A stretch of 64,000 nucleotides of DNA from Candidatus Eiseniibacteriota bacterium. GTDB lineage: Bacteria; Eisenbacteria; RBG-16-71-46. Position 1 is the first letter of the stretch, and the number at the start of each line of letters is the position of its first letter. The stretch lies in contig OY970342.1 in assembly GCA_963717505.1 (NCBI GenBank), positions 2,944,001-3,008,000 of the forward strand, given 5' to 3'. This document shows positions 37,826 to 48,105 of the stretch, piece after piece. A program made the translations under genes and the position numbers. Below the pieces are notes generated by a model. The model was given only the letters and a program-made list of their open reading frames with translations. It ran no database searches and was not told where the DNA came from.

Positions 37826-40045
37826 TTGGACAAGGCGATCGACATCAAGAGGCGTGCGCAGCGGCACATCCAGAGCGGGAACCTGGATGCCGCACTCGAA
37901 GAGTACGAGAAGCTTGCGCGCGCCGAAGAGAGCGAGCCGTACCACGCCGTCGTCATCGCCGACCTGCTCTTCAAGAAGGGCGCGGGCGGCGAAGCCACCC
38001 GCCGCTACCTCCAGGCGGTCGAAGGCTACGACGCGACCGGCCTCTACAAGAATGCGATCGCGGTGTGCAAGAAGATGGTCCGCCTCGGGCTCGCTCAGGG
38101 CATCATCTTCAAACGGCTCGCCGAACTGCATCAGCGCGACGGACTGGCGACCGAGGCCGCCCTGTTCTTCATGCAGTATGCCGAGTACGCGTTCAAGATC
38201 GGCGATGGCAAAGCGGCTGCCGACTCATTGGCGGCAGCCTACGAAGCGTCGCCCGAGAACATTGGTGCGCTCGAACGCCTGGCCGACATCCAGCTCTCGG
38301 AGGGAGACCGTGCCTCGAGTCGCGCGACCCTCGAACGCACGATTGAAGCCTACGAACGCCAGGGGATGCTGGTAGAAGCCAATCGCTGCCGTGCGAGATT
38401 GAATTCCTTCACCCCGACCGCAACCGGAGCGGACGCCAAGGGCAAGCCAACGGCAAGGAATTCGACCAAGCCTGATTCGGGCCCGATGCGCCGCCCACCG
38501 ACCCTGTCGCGGGATCGCGGTGTCGAGGTGCGCGAAAGCACGAAGGAACCGGACGCCCCGCGACCGGCCGCGGCCCCGCCGACTCCGGCCGCGATCGAGC
38601 GACCGGATTTTGGGCTCGACGGCGATCATCCGCTCGGCTCGGCTTCGGACCTCGGTGTCGAGCGCGCCGCGACGTTCAACGCACCCAGCGATGTCGAAAG
38701 CTTGATCGATCGCAACGTGGCTCCGATCGAACCGGCGCGCGAAGACGAGCCGCCTGAGGTGGTGTTCGAGGTCGATCCCTCAGCCTCCATCCTGGAGGAA
38801 CCAGCGCCGCCGATCGAAGCGCCCGCCGCACCCCCGCCCCCGATGCCCGTGGTTGCCGCGCCGCGGGTCGCTCCGCCTGCGCCCCCGGCGACACCACCAC
38901 CGGTCGCTGTACCGCCTGCGCAGTCGGCACCGCCGATCCCGATGGGGCCCCCGAGTCCGCCCCCGGCTCCGGTAGCGCCGCCGGCTGCGACCGCCGCGCC
39001 CTCGTCGTTCCCGGCGCCACCACCCCTGTCGCCGCCGCCGAACACGGGCGCACGGCCGGGTCTCAAGTTCGAGGGAACGACGGAAGGTGCGGGCACGGAT
39101 CTCGAGGAGTTGTTCCGGGGATTGGTGCCCGACGCGATGGCCCACCCCGAAGCGATGCAGTTCCTGCTCCAGGCTCGGCAGCAACAGCGCTCCAACGACC
39201 TGACCGGTGCCGCCGCCCACATGCTCAAGGTTGCCGAAGTGCACGACCTGGCCGGCAACTTCGAAGCGGCGGCGCGCGTCTTCAGGGCGCTCGAGCACAT
39301 GACGACGCTGACCCCGGCCCAACTCGTTCTGTGGTTCGAGAACGCCGGGCGGCGCGGCGACGCCCCGGAAGCCGCGCGCATCGCCTGCCAGATGGGCGAT
39401 CGCGCCTTGCAGGGCGCCGAGCCCGCGTTCGCGCGGGATTGGTTCCAGCGCGCGGCGAGTCTGGATCCCAACAGCACGGTGGCCCAGGACCGGCTGAGGG
39501 AGCTGGCCACGGGTCGCGCGATCCTGGGCAGCTCGGCGCCGCCCTCGAGCGACGAAACCGTGCTCGATCCGTTCAAGCTCGACATCATCTATGGAGTCGG
39601 AGAGGTTCAAATCCCGCTCGACGAAATCGTCGACCGGTTCCAGGCGGGGGTCCAGGACCAGGTTTCCGACGACGCCGAAAGCCAGTACGCTCTGGGCGTG
39701 AGCTTCCTCGAGATGGGACTTCCGGAGCAGGCCATGGAGGCATTGCGTGCGGCGGCGAAGAGTCCGCCGATGCGCGGTCGTGCCTCCGAGCTGGTCGGAC
39801 GCTGCTTGATGGATCTGGGTCGCTTCGAAGAAGCCGTGACCGAGTTCCGCACGACGCTGGCGGATCCCAAGCTCGATCCCGGCACCATGCTCGGCGTGCG
39901 CTTCGAGCTCGGCCTGGCGCTCGAGGCTGCGGGTCGCTTCGACGAGGCGCTTGCCGAGTTCGAGCGCGTGCACCAGGCCCGACCCAGCTATCCGGAGGCT
40001 GCGACCAAGATCCGCTCGCTCCGTCAGTCCCTGGAGAGCCGGTGA
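37826..40045 (+). CDS. Tetratricopeptide-repeat protein with long Pro-rich linker
   Basis: N- and C-terminal TPR helices; PA-rich low-complexity region about 38800-39050; C-terminal DAESQYALGVSFLEMGL; TTG start. Confidence 0.8.
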   Translation: MDKAIDIKRRAQRHIQSGNLDAALEEYEKLARAEESEPYHAVVIADLLFKKGAGGEATRRYLQAVEGYDATGLYKNAIAVCKKMVRLGLAQGIIFKRLAELHQRDGLATEAALFFMQYAEYAFKIGDGKAAADSLAAAYEASPENIGALERLADIQLSEGDRASSRATLERTIEAYERQGMLVEANRCRARLNSFTPTATGADAKGKPTARNSTKPDSGPMRRPPTLSRDRGVEVRESTKEPDAPRPAAAPPTPAAIERPDFGLDGDHPLGSASDLGVERAATFNAPSDVESLIDRNVAPIEPAREDEPPEVVFEVDPSASILEEPAPPIEAPAAPPPPMPVVAAPRVAPPAPPATPPPVAVPPAQSAPPIPMGPPSPPPAPVAPPAATAAPSSFPAPPPLSPPPNTGARPGLKFEGTTEGAGTDLEELFRGLVPDAMAHPEAMQFLLQARQQQRSNDLTGAAAHMLKVAEVHDLAGNFEAAARVFRALEHMTTLTPAQLVLWFENAGRRGDAPEAARIACQMGDRALQGAEPAFARDWFQRAASLDPNSTVAQDRLRELATGRAILGSSAPPSSDETVLDPFKLDIIYGVGEVQIPLDEIVDRFQAGVQDQVSDDAESQYALGVSFLEMGLPEQAMEALRAAAKSPPMRGRASELVGRCLMDLGRFEEAVTEFRTTLADPKLDPGTMLGVRFELGLALEAAGRFDEALAEFERVHQARPSYPEAATKIRSLRQSLESR

Positions 40046-40890
40046 GGGGCTCGTGGGACGGCCGCTCCGGCGGCCGTCGTGTCGACCTCCATACCCACAC
40101 GAACTTCAGCGACGGAACGCTCGAGCCGGCCGCCCTGGTCGGACGGGCCCTGCAGCGCGGCCTGGTCGCGATCGCGATTACCGATCACGACGTGGTCGAG
40201 GGGATTCCCGCCGCGCGCACCGCCGCCGGCACCGGACTCGAAGTGGTTGCAGCGGTGGAGATCTCGTCGACCTTCGATGGCGAGGAGCTGCACATCCTCG
40301 GTTACTACATCGATACCGAAGATGCGTCCTTGCTCGACCGACTGGTCGGGTTTCGCGACGACCGCTGGCAACGAGCGTTGGAAATGGTCGAACGTCTCGG
40401 GCGTCTCGGCGTTCCGGTCGAAGCGAGCCGCGTGCAGGCGCTGGCCGGGCCCGGGGTCGTTGGACGGCCGCACATCGCCGGCGCGTTGGTCGAAGCGGGG
40501 CATGCTTCGAGCATCGAAGATGCATTCCGGCGCTACATCGGTTCTCAGGGCGCCGCGTTCGTTTCGCGACCGCGCTTCGATTCCACCGAGGCCATCGGTC
40601 TGATCCATGGCGCGGGCGGGGTCAGCGTCCTGGCGCACGCGGGAGGGACGTTCGACGCCGCGCGTCTCGGACGACTGGTGGACGCGGGTCTCCGCGGCAT
40701 CGAAATCTGGCATCCGCACCATGGCGTGGCGGCGGTGCGCCGGCTGCGCGAGCTGGCGCGCGAACACGACTTGATCGAGACCGGCGGTTCCGACTACCAC
40801 GGTCCGGGCCGTGGCGCCGAACTGGGCGACCTGCCGGTGCCGCCCGCGGTGTTGCAGGACCTGAAAGACGCTGCCGGCGTCGCCGGCTGA
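40042..40890 (+). CDS. PHP-domain phosphoesterase (TrpH/YciV family)
   Basis: DLHTHTNFSDG, AITDHD, VEIS, HILGY, GRPHIA, LAH, TGGSDYHG; GTGA overlap. Confidence 0.92.
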   Translation: MRGSWDGRSGGRRVDLHTHTNFSDGTLEPAALVGRALQRGLVAIAITDHDVVEGIPAARTAAGTGLEVVAAVEISSTFDGEELHILGYYIDTEDASLLDRLVGFRDDRWQRALEMVERLGRLGVPVEASRVQALAGPGVVGRPHIAGALVEAGHASSIEDAFRRYIGSQGAAFVSRPRFDSTEAIGLIHGAGGVSVLAHAGGTFDAARLGRLVDAGLRGIEIWHPHHGVAAVRRLRELAREHDLIETGGSDYHGPGRGAELGDLPVPPAVLQDLKDAAGVAG

Positions 40891-41034
40891 GGGCCGGAAC
40901 GGCAGGAGCCGTGAGCGGCGAGTCGGAGACGCGCGGAGCCATGGACGGCGGAGCGCGTCGAGGCCTCAGCGAGGCGGAGCAGGAAGCGCAGCCGAGCGTG
41001 CCGCAAGTGGCTCCTACCGTTCCGGCCCTCAGCC
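40885..41034. repeat. 150-bp element bounded by 26-bp inverted repeats (MITE/REPIN-like or structured RNA)
   Basis: 40885-40910 GGCTGAGGGCCGGAACGGCAGGAGCC versus 41009-41034 GGCTCCTACCGTTCCGGCCCTCAGCC (25/26 complementary); nested internal hairpins. Confidence 0.75.
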
Positions 41035-41053
41035 TCGGCTCGCGCTCGCGTCG

Positions 41054-41083
41054 TTGACTTCGCGCAATCCCGGTCGTTACTCT
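41054..41083 (+). promoter_or_regulatory. Candidate sigma70 promoter for the ECF S-component/porin genes
   Basis: TTGACT-N18-TACTCT, about 60 nt before ATG 41143. Confidence 0.45.
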
Positions 41084-41142
41084 TCGCAACGCTCCGCTCC
41101 CGCCCACGACCCCGCACGGAGGCACGGTCCCCACGCGCCCGA

Positions 41143-41667
41143 ATGTCCGCCCGCCGACTGTCGTATGTCGCCCTCATGGTGGCGATGGGACTGACGGGCG
41201 CCTACGCCGAGACCATCCCGAACTTCGAGTTGATGACCCTGATCGTATTCGGATCGGGCTCGCTGCTCGGCGTACGCGATGGCGTCGCGGTGGGTGCCGT
41301 GACCATGCTCCTGTATTCGTCGCTGAACCCGTATGGCGCGGCGCATCCGCTGGTGACCGCGTCTCAAATGGCCGGGACCGCCTTGGCCGGTGCGGCGGGT
41401 GGAGTCTGCGCGCGAGCGTCGGTGAGCCGTCTGCCGATCCCGGCGCGGGCGGCGGTGCTCGCGGTCGTGGGGGCTATGGTGACGTTGCTGTTCGACCTGA
41501 TCACGAACCTCGCGACCGGCATCCTGTTCGGCCAGATCGGAGCCGCACTGCTCGGCGGGCTGATGTTCTCCCTGTGGCACGTGGCCACCAACGCGATCCT
41601 GTTCGCGGCGGTCGGAGCGCCTTTGCTGGGTGCGCTCGAGCCCTATCGGTCGCGACTCTCGTCCTGA
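41143..41667 (+). CDS. ECF transporter S component (CbrT-like by motif)
   Basis: 174 aa, about 6 hydrophobic segments, IPNFELMTLIVFGSGSLLG...G...G pattern, FDLITN, HVATNAILF. Confidence 0.75.
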   Translation: MSARRLSYVALMVAMGLTGAYAETIPNFELMTLIVFGSGSLLGVRDGVAVGAVTMLLYSSLNPYGAAHPLVTASQMAGTALAGAAGGVCARASVSRLPIPARAAVLAVVGAMVTLLFDLITNLATGILFGQIGAALLGGLMFSLWHVATNAILFAAVGAPLLGALEPYRSRLSS

Positions 41668-43355
41668 TCCTGGGGGTGCCGGCGCACGCTCAAGCACCCG
41701 ACGCCGGCCCGCACGATCTCATGTCGTCCACCTACCCGGATCTTCTGGCCTGGTGGTCCGAGCCGGGTCGCGCCGGAATGACGGACATGGCGTGGCTCCA
41801 GTCCGGCTTCGCGCCGCGCTGGGCCGGTTTCCTGGTCGGGGGTTGGACGCGCGACGAGCCGGACCGCGTACCGCAGTCCTCCGCGGAGCCATGGATGCTG
41901 GGCGCGGGGCCGATGCTCGCGGGGTACGACTCGGTGGCGTTCGAGCTCGGCGGGCGCGCGGCGCGCGACGGTTTCGCTTCGGGGCTGGCGCGCGCGCAGT
42001 CGATTCCGCTGCCGCGCACCGATCCCAGGATTCGAAGCATCGTCCATCTCGGGGGCGGTGTATTCGCCTACGACGCGAACGCGCTCACGGTCGAACGCGG
42101 CGACTCGACCGGGTTCCTGCGCGGCGAGATCGTCGAGGTCTCGCACGGCTCCAACGGAACTCTCGACCGCTCGGGGTTTCACAGCTATGAAGTCGCGGGG
42201 GCGTGGACCCTCCGCGGCACGCGCGTCGACGCAGGATTCAGCCACCGCGGCACCGCCATGTCGGTGTCGGGCGGCGAGGAGCAGGCGGGCAAGGCCGAGT
42301 CGGGTTACGCCACACTCGAGCGCAGCTTCGGACGCACGCGCATCCGCGCCGGTTTCGAACGAGGCTACGACGGACGCGAGAGCTTCGGCGGATTTCGCAC
42401 CTATTCGCGTCGTGACGCCGACGCGACTACCGGAAGCCTGATCGCCTCGATGCCGCTGGGCCGAGCCAGTATCGAGGCCACGGTGCGCGTCGGCCGGACC
42501 GAGGTGCGGCGTTCGGGCGACGAGGTGTTCGACGACTCGGCCGGCTGGGGTTGGGGATCCGTCGCTGCGACGCTGCCGCTCGGTCCGGGCACGGCCGAGG
42601 TCACCGCCGGAGCCGGCAGGCATCAGCCGTTCACCAACATCGAGCCGTCACTCTCGGCGTTCTATCGCCTGGGTTTCGGACGCTATCGAGCGCGGTTCGG
42701 TGCCGAGCGGCTGGTGCGAGCCGTATGGACCGATCTCGGCGCCGGCGAGGCGCCATTCCTGCAATCGACCTGGGCTGGAATCGTGTCGTTGTCGCGGGAA
42801 GGCGACGCCACCCGGTTGCGTGCCTATGCGACCGCGGGACAGTGCCGGGACCGGGCCCTGGTCGCGAACGAGCCGATCGAGGATCTGTGGCTGCGAGACG
42901 GGATGTTCCGCGATCCCGAGTCCTACCAGTTCCTGGTCTCGGGGGCTGAAGGCGAGTGGCGGATCGGTCGGTGGAGCCTGGCCGGCGAGGGATTCGTGTT
43001 CACCACCAACGACGAATCCGAGCAGCCGCGATTCGACCCCGACGCCGGCGGCCGAGCCGAGGTCGCCTATCGGACCACGTTCTTCGGCGGAGATCTGGGC
43101 TTCAAGGCGCGCGCCGGTGTCGAGTTCGTGGGTCGGCGTGAGAGCCTGATTTTCGACCTGCGGTCCCTGCCCGGCTACGCGACCAGCCAGGCGGGCATCT
43201 CGCTGACTCTGGTCGATGCGACCGTCGCGTTCCTGGTGCGGAACCTCGAGGACCAGCGCCACGAATTGCCTTGGCTCGACACGGCGTCGCTCTCCGAGGC
43301 CCTGAGCAGCGGGCGGGAATGGCGGCTGTTTCTGACCCTGCGTTTGTCCAACTGA
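41574..43355 (+). CDS. Outer-membrane beta-barrel (putative porin / TonB-receptor-like); start uncertain, overlaps end of ECF gene
   Basis: Signal-like LSVATLVLILGVPAHA-Q; amphipathic strands; C-terminal VRNLED...GREWRLFLTLRLSN. Confidence 0.6.
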   Translation: MARGHQRDPVRGGRSAFAGCARALSVATLVLILGVPAHAQAPDAGPHDLMSSTYPDLLAWWSEPGRAGMTDMAWLQSGFAPRWAGFLVGGWTRDEPDRVPQSSAEPWMLGAGPMLAGYDSVAFELGGRAARDGFASGLARAQSIPLPRTDPRIRSIVHLGGGVFAYDANALTVERGDSTGFLRGEIVEVSHGSNGTLDRSGFHSYEVAGAWTLRGTRVDAGFSHRGTAMSVSGGEEQAGKAESGYATLERSFGRTRIRAGFERGYDGRESFGGFRTYSRRDADATTGSLIASMPLGRASIEATVRVGRTEVRRSGDEVFDDSAGWGWGSVAATLPLGPGTAEVTAGAGRHQPFTNIEPSLSAFYRLGFGRYRARFGAERLVRAVWTDLGAGEAPFLQSTWAGIVSLSREGDATRLRAYATAGQCRDRALVANEPIEDLWLRDGMFRDPESYQFLVSGAEGEWRIGRWSLAGEGFVFTTNDESEQPRFDPDAGGRAEVAYRTTFFGGDLGFKARAGVEFVGRRESLIFDLRSLPGYATSQAGISLTLVDATVAFLVRNLEDQRHELPWLDTASLSEALSSGREWRLFLTLRLSN

Positions 43356-43382
43356 CACCCCCGCCCCCGGCGGGAGCACGCT

Positions 43383-43871
43383 CTGGAATTCAGTCCGACC
43401 CCGTCCGAACGACGGGGGATCGCAATCGTGCTCATACTTTTGGCGGTCGGCGCGGGCTGGGACCTCCATCGGGCCGCCGAAGTCGGTCGCGCGCCGCGGG
43501 GTGGAAGCCCAGGGGGCGACTCCCTGGCGATTCCGGTCGAGCCAGTGCCGGCTGAGGTGGATTCCCTGGGGCCAGGACCGCCTCCTAAGTCCTCTCCGGC
43601 CGTCGATCTCAATCGGGCTTCGGTCGCCGAACTCGACGCCCTGCCGGGTATCGGACCGATCCTGGCCCGCCGGATCCGGGAGCACCGCGATCGTCACGGC
43701 CCATTTGGCTCGGTCGACGAGCTGAGGGCGGTCCCCGGGATCGGTCCGGCCCTGTTGCGCCGGTTGCGCGGGCTGGTGCGAACCGATCGACCGGCCGACA
43801 AACCCGAAGCCGGTCGTGCGGATCGCAAGGAACCTCAGGGCGGCCTCGATCCGCTTTTCCTCTCACGATAG
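43383..43871 (+). CDS. comEA: ComEA-family helix-hairpin-helix DNA-binding protein (start CTG 43383 or GTG 43428)
   Basis: N-terminal TM segment; VDLNRASVAELDALPGIGPILARRI...GPFGSVDELRAVPGIGP. Confidence 0.9.
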   Translation: MEFSPTPSERRGIAIVLILLAVGAGWDLHRAAEVGRAPRGGSPGGDSLAIPVEPVPAEVDSLGPGPPPKSSPAVDLNRASVAELDALPGIGPILARRIREHRDRHGPFGSVDELRAVPGIGPALLRRLRGLVRTDRPADKPEAGRADRKEPQGGLDPLFLSR

Positions 43872-44050
43872 ACCGGAAAGCTTCCGATACCCGCCGTGAC
43901 CCGGGCTGCCTGCACGTTGCAGCCCGCACGCTGGTTCGAAGCGCAAGACCGGTGCTGCGGGACGCGAGGGCGTGCGCGAGCCCGGAATCGACCTGCCCGC
44001 CGGATGTCCTCGGCGGGACGAATCCATTCCTCACGAGAACGAGAACGCGC

Positions 44051-45750
44051 GTGCACGAGGATCTCGGTCAGAAGCTGGTGGACGCCGGACTGATCACCGA
44101 AGGCGTCCTGGCAAAAGCGTTCCAACAGCAAAAGAGCATGGGTGAGTCGATCACCGGCAGCCTCGTGAAGATCGGGGCACTGACCGAGGACGCCCTGCTC
44201 GCTTTCCTGTCCCAGCACTTTGCCGCCCGGCCGGTCGACCTGCGCAACTACGAGCCCGACCCGGCGCTGACCCGGCTCATCCCCGGCGACGTCGCGACCA
44301 AGTTCATGGCGCTGCCGATCCGCCGCACCGGCCGCAAGCTGGTGGTCGCGATGGCCAACCCCTCGAACATCTTCGCGATCGACGACATCAAGTTCATCAC
44401 CGGCTTCGAGGTCGAGCCGCACGTCGCCACCGAGGCCGGCGCTCAAGCGCGCGATCGACCGCGCCTACGACTCGGCCGGCACCATGGCCGACGTGATGAA
44501 GGGGATGGAGGACGAGCTGTCGTGTCGTCGAGGAGGAGGACGCCGAGGCCGACGACGTCGCGGCGGCGGACGAGGCGCCGATCGTCAAGCTGGTGAACTC
44601 GCTGATCGCCGACGCCGTGCGCAAGGGCGCCTCCGACATCCACATCGAGCCCTACGAGAAGACGATGCGCGTGCGCTTCCGCATCGACGGCGTGCTGCAG
44701 GAGATGATGGCGCCGCCGTTCAAGTTCAAGGCCGCGATCATCTCGCGCCTCAAGATCATGGCCGAGCTCGACATCGCCGAGCGCCGCGTGCCGCAGGACG
44801 GCCGCATCAAGATCAAGGTGCTGAACCGCACCATCGACCTGCGCGTCTCGATCGCTGCCGACGATCTTCGGCGAGAAGATCGTGATGCGTATTCTCGACA
44901 AGAGCAACCTCAACATCGATCTCGAGAAGCTCGGCTTCGAGCCGCCGGCGATGAAGGAGTTCGTGACCGCGATCGCGAATCCCTACGGCATGGTGCTGGT
45001 CACCGGCCCGACCGGATCGGGCAAGACCACCACGCTCTACTCGGCGCTGTCGCGGATCAACACGCCCGAGGTCAACATCATGACCGCCGAGGACCCGGTC
45101 GAGTACAACCTGGACGGCATCAACCAGGTGCTGGTCAACGAGGACATCGGGCTGACGTTCGCCGCGGCGCTCAAGGCGTTCCTGCGCCAGGACCCCAACA
45201 TCATCATGGTCGGCGAAATCCGCGATATCGACACCGCCTCGATCGCGGTCAAGGCCGCGCTCACCGGCCACCTGGTGCTCTCGACGCTGCACACCAACGA
45301 CGCGCCGAGCGCGATCGGCCGTCTGATCGACATGGGGATCGAGCCGTTCCTGGTCGCGTCCTCGGTGAACCTGGTGCTGGCCCAGCGTCTGGTGCGCCGC
45401 ATCTGCACCGGCTGCAAGCAGCCGGTCGAGCTCAACGCGGAGATCCTGCGCGAGCTGCAGCTCGACGCCGACGAGTCGCCAAGGCGCACGAGTTCCACGA
45501 AGGGCGAAGGCTGCGTCGACTGCAACAACACCGGCTACCGCGGGCGCCAGGGCGTCTACGAGGTGATGTCGTATGTCGCACGCCGCTGCGCGACCTGGTG
45601 CTCGACCGGGCGTCGGCCGCCGAGATCAAGCGCGCGGCGATCGTCGGAGGGCATGCTGACGCTGCGCCGCGACGCGCTGGAGAAGCTGAAGCGCGGGATC
45701 ACGACCGCCGGAAGAAGTGCTGAAGGAAACGCGCCTCGGACGAACTGTAG
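44051..45750 (+). CDS. pilB: Type IV-A pilus assembly ATPase (frameshifted consensus)
   Basis: [64 protein letters not shown], CxxC zinc motifs, GYRGRQG. Confidence 0.95.
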
Positions 45751-45787
45751 CGGCGCATCACGGACGGAAACAGAGGAGACGACCACG

Positions 45788-46865
45788 GTGCTGACACTGC
45801 GAAAGCTGCTCGAGGACATGGTCCAGCGCAAGGCCTCGGACCTGCACATCACGGCGGGCGTGCCGCCGGAGTTCCGTATCGACGGCTTGATCACGCCGAC
45901 CGAGGACGAGGTCCTGACGCCCGAGATCGACCGCCCAGCTCGCGTACAGCGTGCTGTCGGACGAGCAGCGCAAGCGGTTCGAGACCACCAAGGAGCTGGA
46001 CTTCTCGTTCGGCATCAAGGGCCTGTCGCGCTTCCGCGCCAACGTCTTCCTGCAGCGCGGCGTGGTCTCGATGGCGATCCGCCAGATCCCGTTCGAGATC
46101 CTCGCCGATCGAGAAGCTCGGGCTGCCGCCGGTGGTCAAGGAGTTCACCAACCGGCACGAAGGGTCTGATCCTGGTGACCGGGCCGACCGGCAGCGGCAA
46201 GTCGACCACGCTGGCCGCGATGATCGACCAGATCAACGCGCACGCGGCAGGCCACATCATCACGATCGAGGACCCGATCGAGTACATCCACCACCACAAG
46301 AAGTGCATCGTCAACCAGCGCGAGGTCGGCGCCGACACCGCGTCGTTCCCGACCGCGCTCAAGTACGTGCTGCGGCAGGACCCGGACATCATCCTGGTCG
46401 GTGAAATGCGCGACCTCGAGACGATCGAGGCGGCGCTGACCATCGCCGAGACCGGCCACCTGGTGTTCGCCACCCTGCACACCAACTCGAGCTACGAGGC
46501 GGTCAACCGCATCGTCGACGTGTTCCCGCCGACCAGCAGCGCAGATCCTGACCCAGCTCGCGTTCGCGCTCGAAGGCGTCGTGACCCAGCAGCTGATCCC
46601 GCGCAGCCGCGGCACCGGCCGCGTCATGTGCGCCGAGGTGCTGGTGTGCACGCCGGCGATCAAGGCGGTGATTCGCGAGGGCAAGACCCACCAGATCTAC
46701 AGCCTGATGCAGGCCGGGCAGAAGTTCGGCATGCAGACCATGAACCAGGCGCTGCTCCAGGCGGTGCTCGACAAGGCACTGTCGCCGGAGGATGCCCTGG
46801 AGCGCAGCACGGACCGCGTCGAGCTCGAAGGCATGCTCGGCAAGGTCCTCGCAAGCGCGGCGTAG
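45788..46865 (+). CDS. pilT: Type IV pilus retraction ATPase (frameshifted consensus)
   Basis: [75 protein letters not shown]. Confidence 0.95.
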
Positions 46866-46876
46866 GAGGAATCGCC

Positions 46877-48105
46877 ATGCCGGTCTTCGTCTGGAAGGGA
46901 CGCACGCTCGCCGGGGAGACCCAGTCGGGCGAGATCGAAGTCAGCGCGTCAGGAAGAGGCGCTCGACGCTCCTCCGCAAGAAGCGGATCCTCGTCACGTC
47001 GGTGCGGCCGAAGGCCGGCGGCTTCTCGCATGCCGAAGCTCGGCGGCGCCGGGCGTGTCAGCACCAAGGACCTGGCGATCTTCACCCGCCAGTTCGCGAC
47101 CATGATCTCGGCCGGTCTGCCGCTGGTGCAGTGCCTCGACATTCTGGCCAAGCAGGCGAGCAAGCCGTCGTTCGGACGCGTCATCTCGCGACGTCACCCG
47201 CGAGGTCGAGGCCGGCTCGACGCTGTCCGACGCGCTCGGCAAGCACCGCAAGGTGTTCGACGACCTGTTCCGCAACATGGTCGCCGCCGGCGAGGCGGGC
47301 GGCGTGCTCGACGAGATCCTGATGCGGCTCGCGACCTACATCGAGAAGGCCGACGCCCTCAAGCGCAAGGTCCAGAGCGCCATGGTCTACCCGGCCGTGG
47401 TGCTGACCGTGGCCATGGGCGCCACCGCGTTCATGCTGATCTTCATCATCCCGACCTTCGCCAAGATGTTCACCGACTTCGGCGGCGAGCTGCCGCTGCC
47501 GACGAAGATCGTGCTCGCGGCTCTCGGACGTTCCTGACGCCATTGGTGGTGGGCCATGCTGCTGGCCATGGGCTTCGGCGTGTTCTCGTTCAAGCGCTAC
47601 TACGCGACCGAGAACGGCCAGCGCGTGATCGACCAGGCCATGCTCAAGATGCCGGTGCTCGGCGACGTGCTGCTCAAGGGCGCGGTCGCGCGCTTCACGC
47701 GCACGCTCGGCACCCTGATCGCTTCGGGCGTGCCGATTCTCTCCGGTCTCGAGATCACCGCGCAGCACCGCGGGCAACAAGGTGATCTCCGAGGCGATCA
47801 TGACCGCGCGCGCCTCGATCCGCGAAGGCGAGACCGTGTCGGCGCCGCTCAAGACCTCGGGCGTGTTCCCGCCGATGGTGGTGCAGATGATCTCGGTCGG
47901 CGAGCAGACCGGCGCGCTCGACGAGATGCTCACCAAGATCGCCGTGTTCTACGAGGCCGAGGTCGACACCGCGGTCGACACCCTGACCTCGATCATCGAG
48001 CCGGTGATGATCGTCGTCATGGGCGGCATCGTCGGCGGCATGGTGGTCGCGATGTACCTGCCGATGTTCAAGCTGATCAGCGTCGTGGCGGGCGGCAACG
48101 ACTGA
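46877..48105 (+). CDS. pilC: Type IV pilus platform protein (T2SS F family; frameshifted consensus)
   Basis: AGGAGG RBS; [47 protein letters not shown]. Confidence 0.95.

Noticed and set aside
38800-39050. Repeat-like DNA in the TPR gene (also 56330-57010 in pilP)
   Set aside because: Low-complexity Pro/Ala coding sequence, not a tandem repeat or CRISPR array.
40941-41058. Small ORF MDGGARRGLSEAEQ...
   Set aside because: Lies within the inverted-repeat element, has no recognisable motif, and is better explained by the repeat.
40891-41142. Cobalamin riboswitch upstream of the ECF S component
   Set aside because: No B12-box or conserved GGGAA / GCCACTG core could be found.
44882-47785. 967-aa PilB-PilT-PilC fusion ORF
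   Set aside because: Chance read-through produced by indels; each gene has its own start, RBS and stop.
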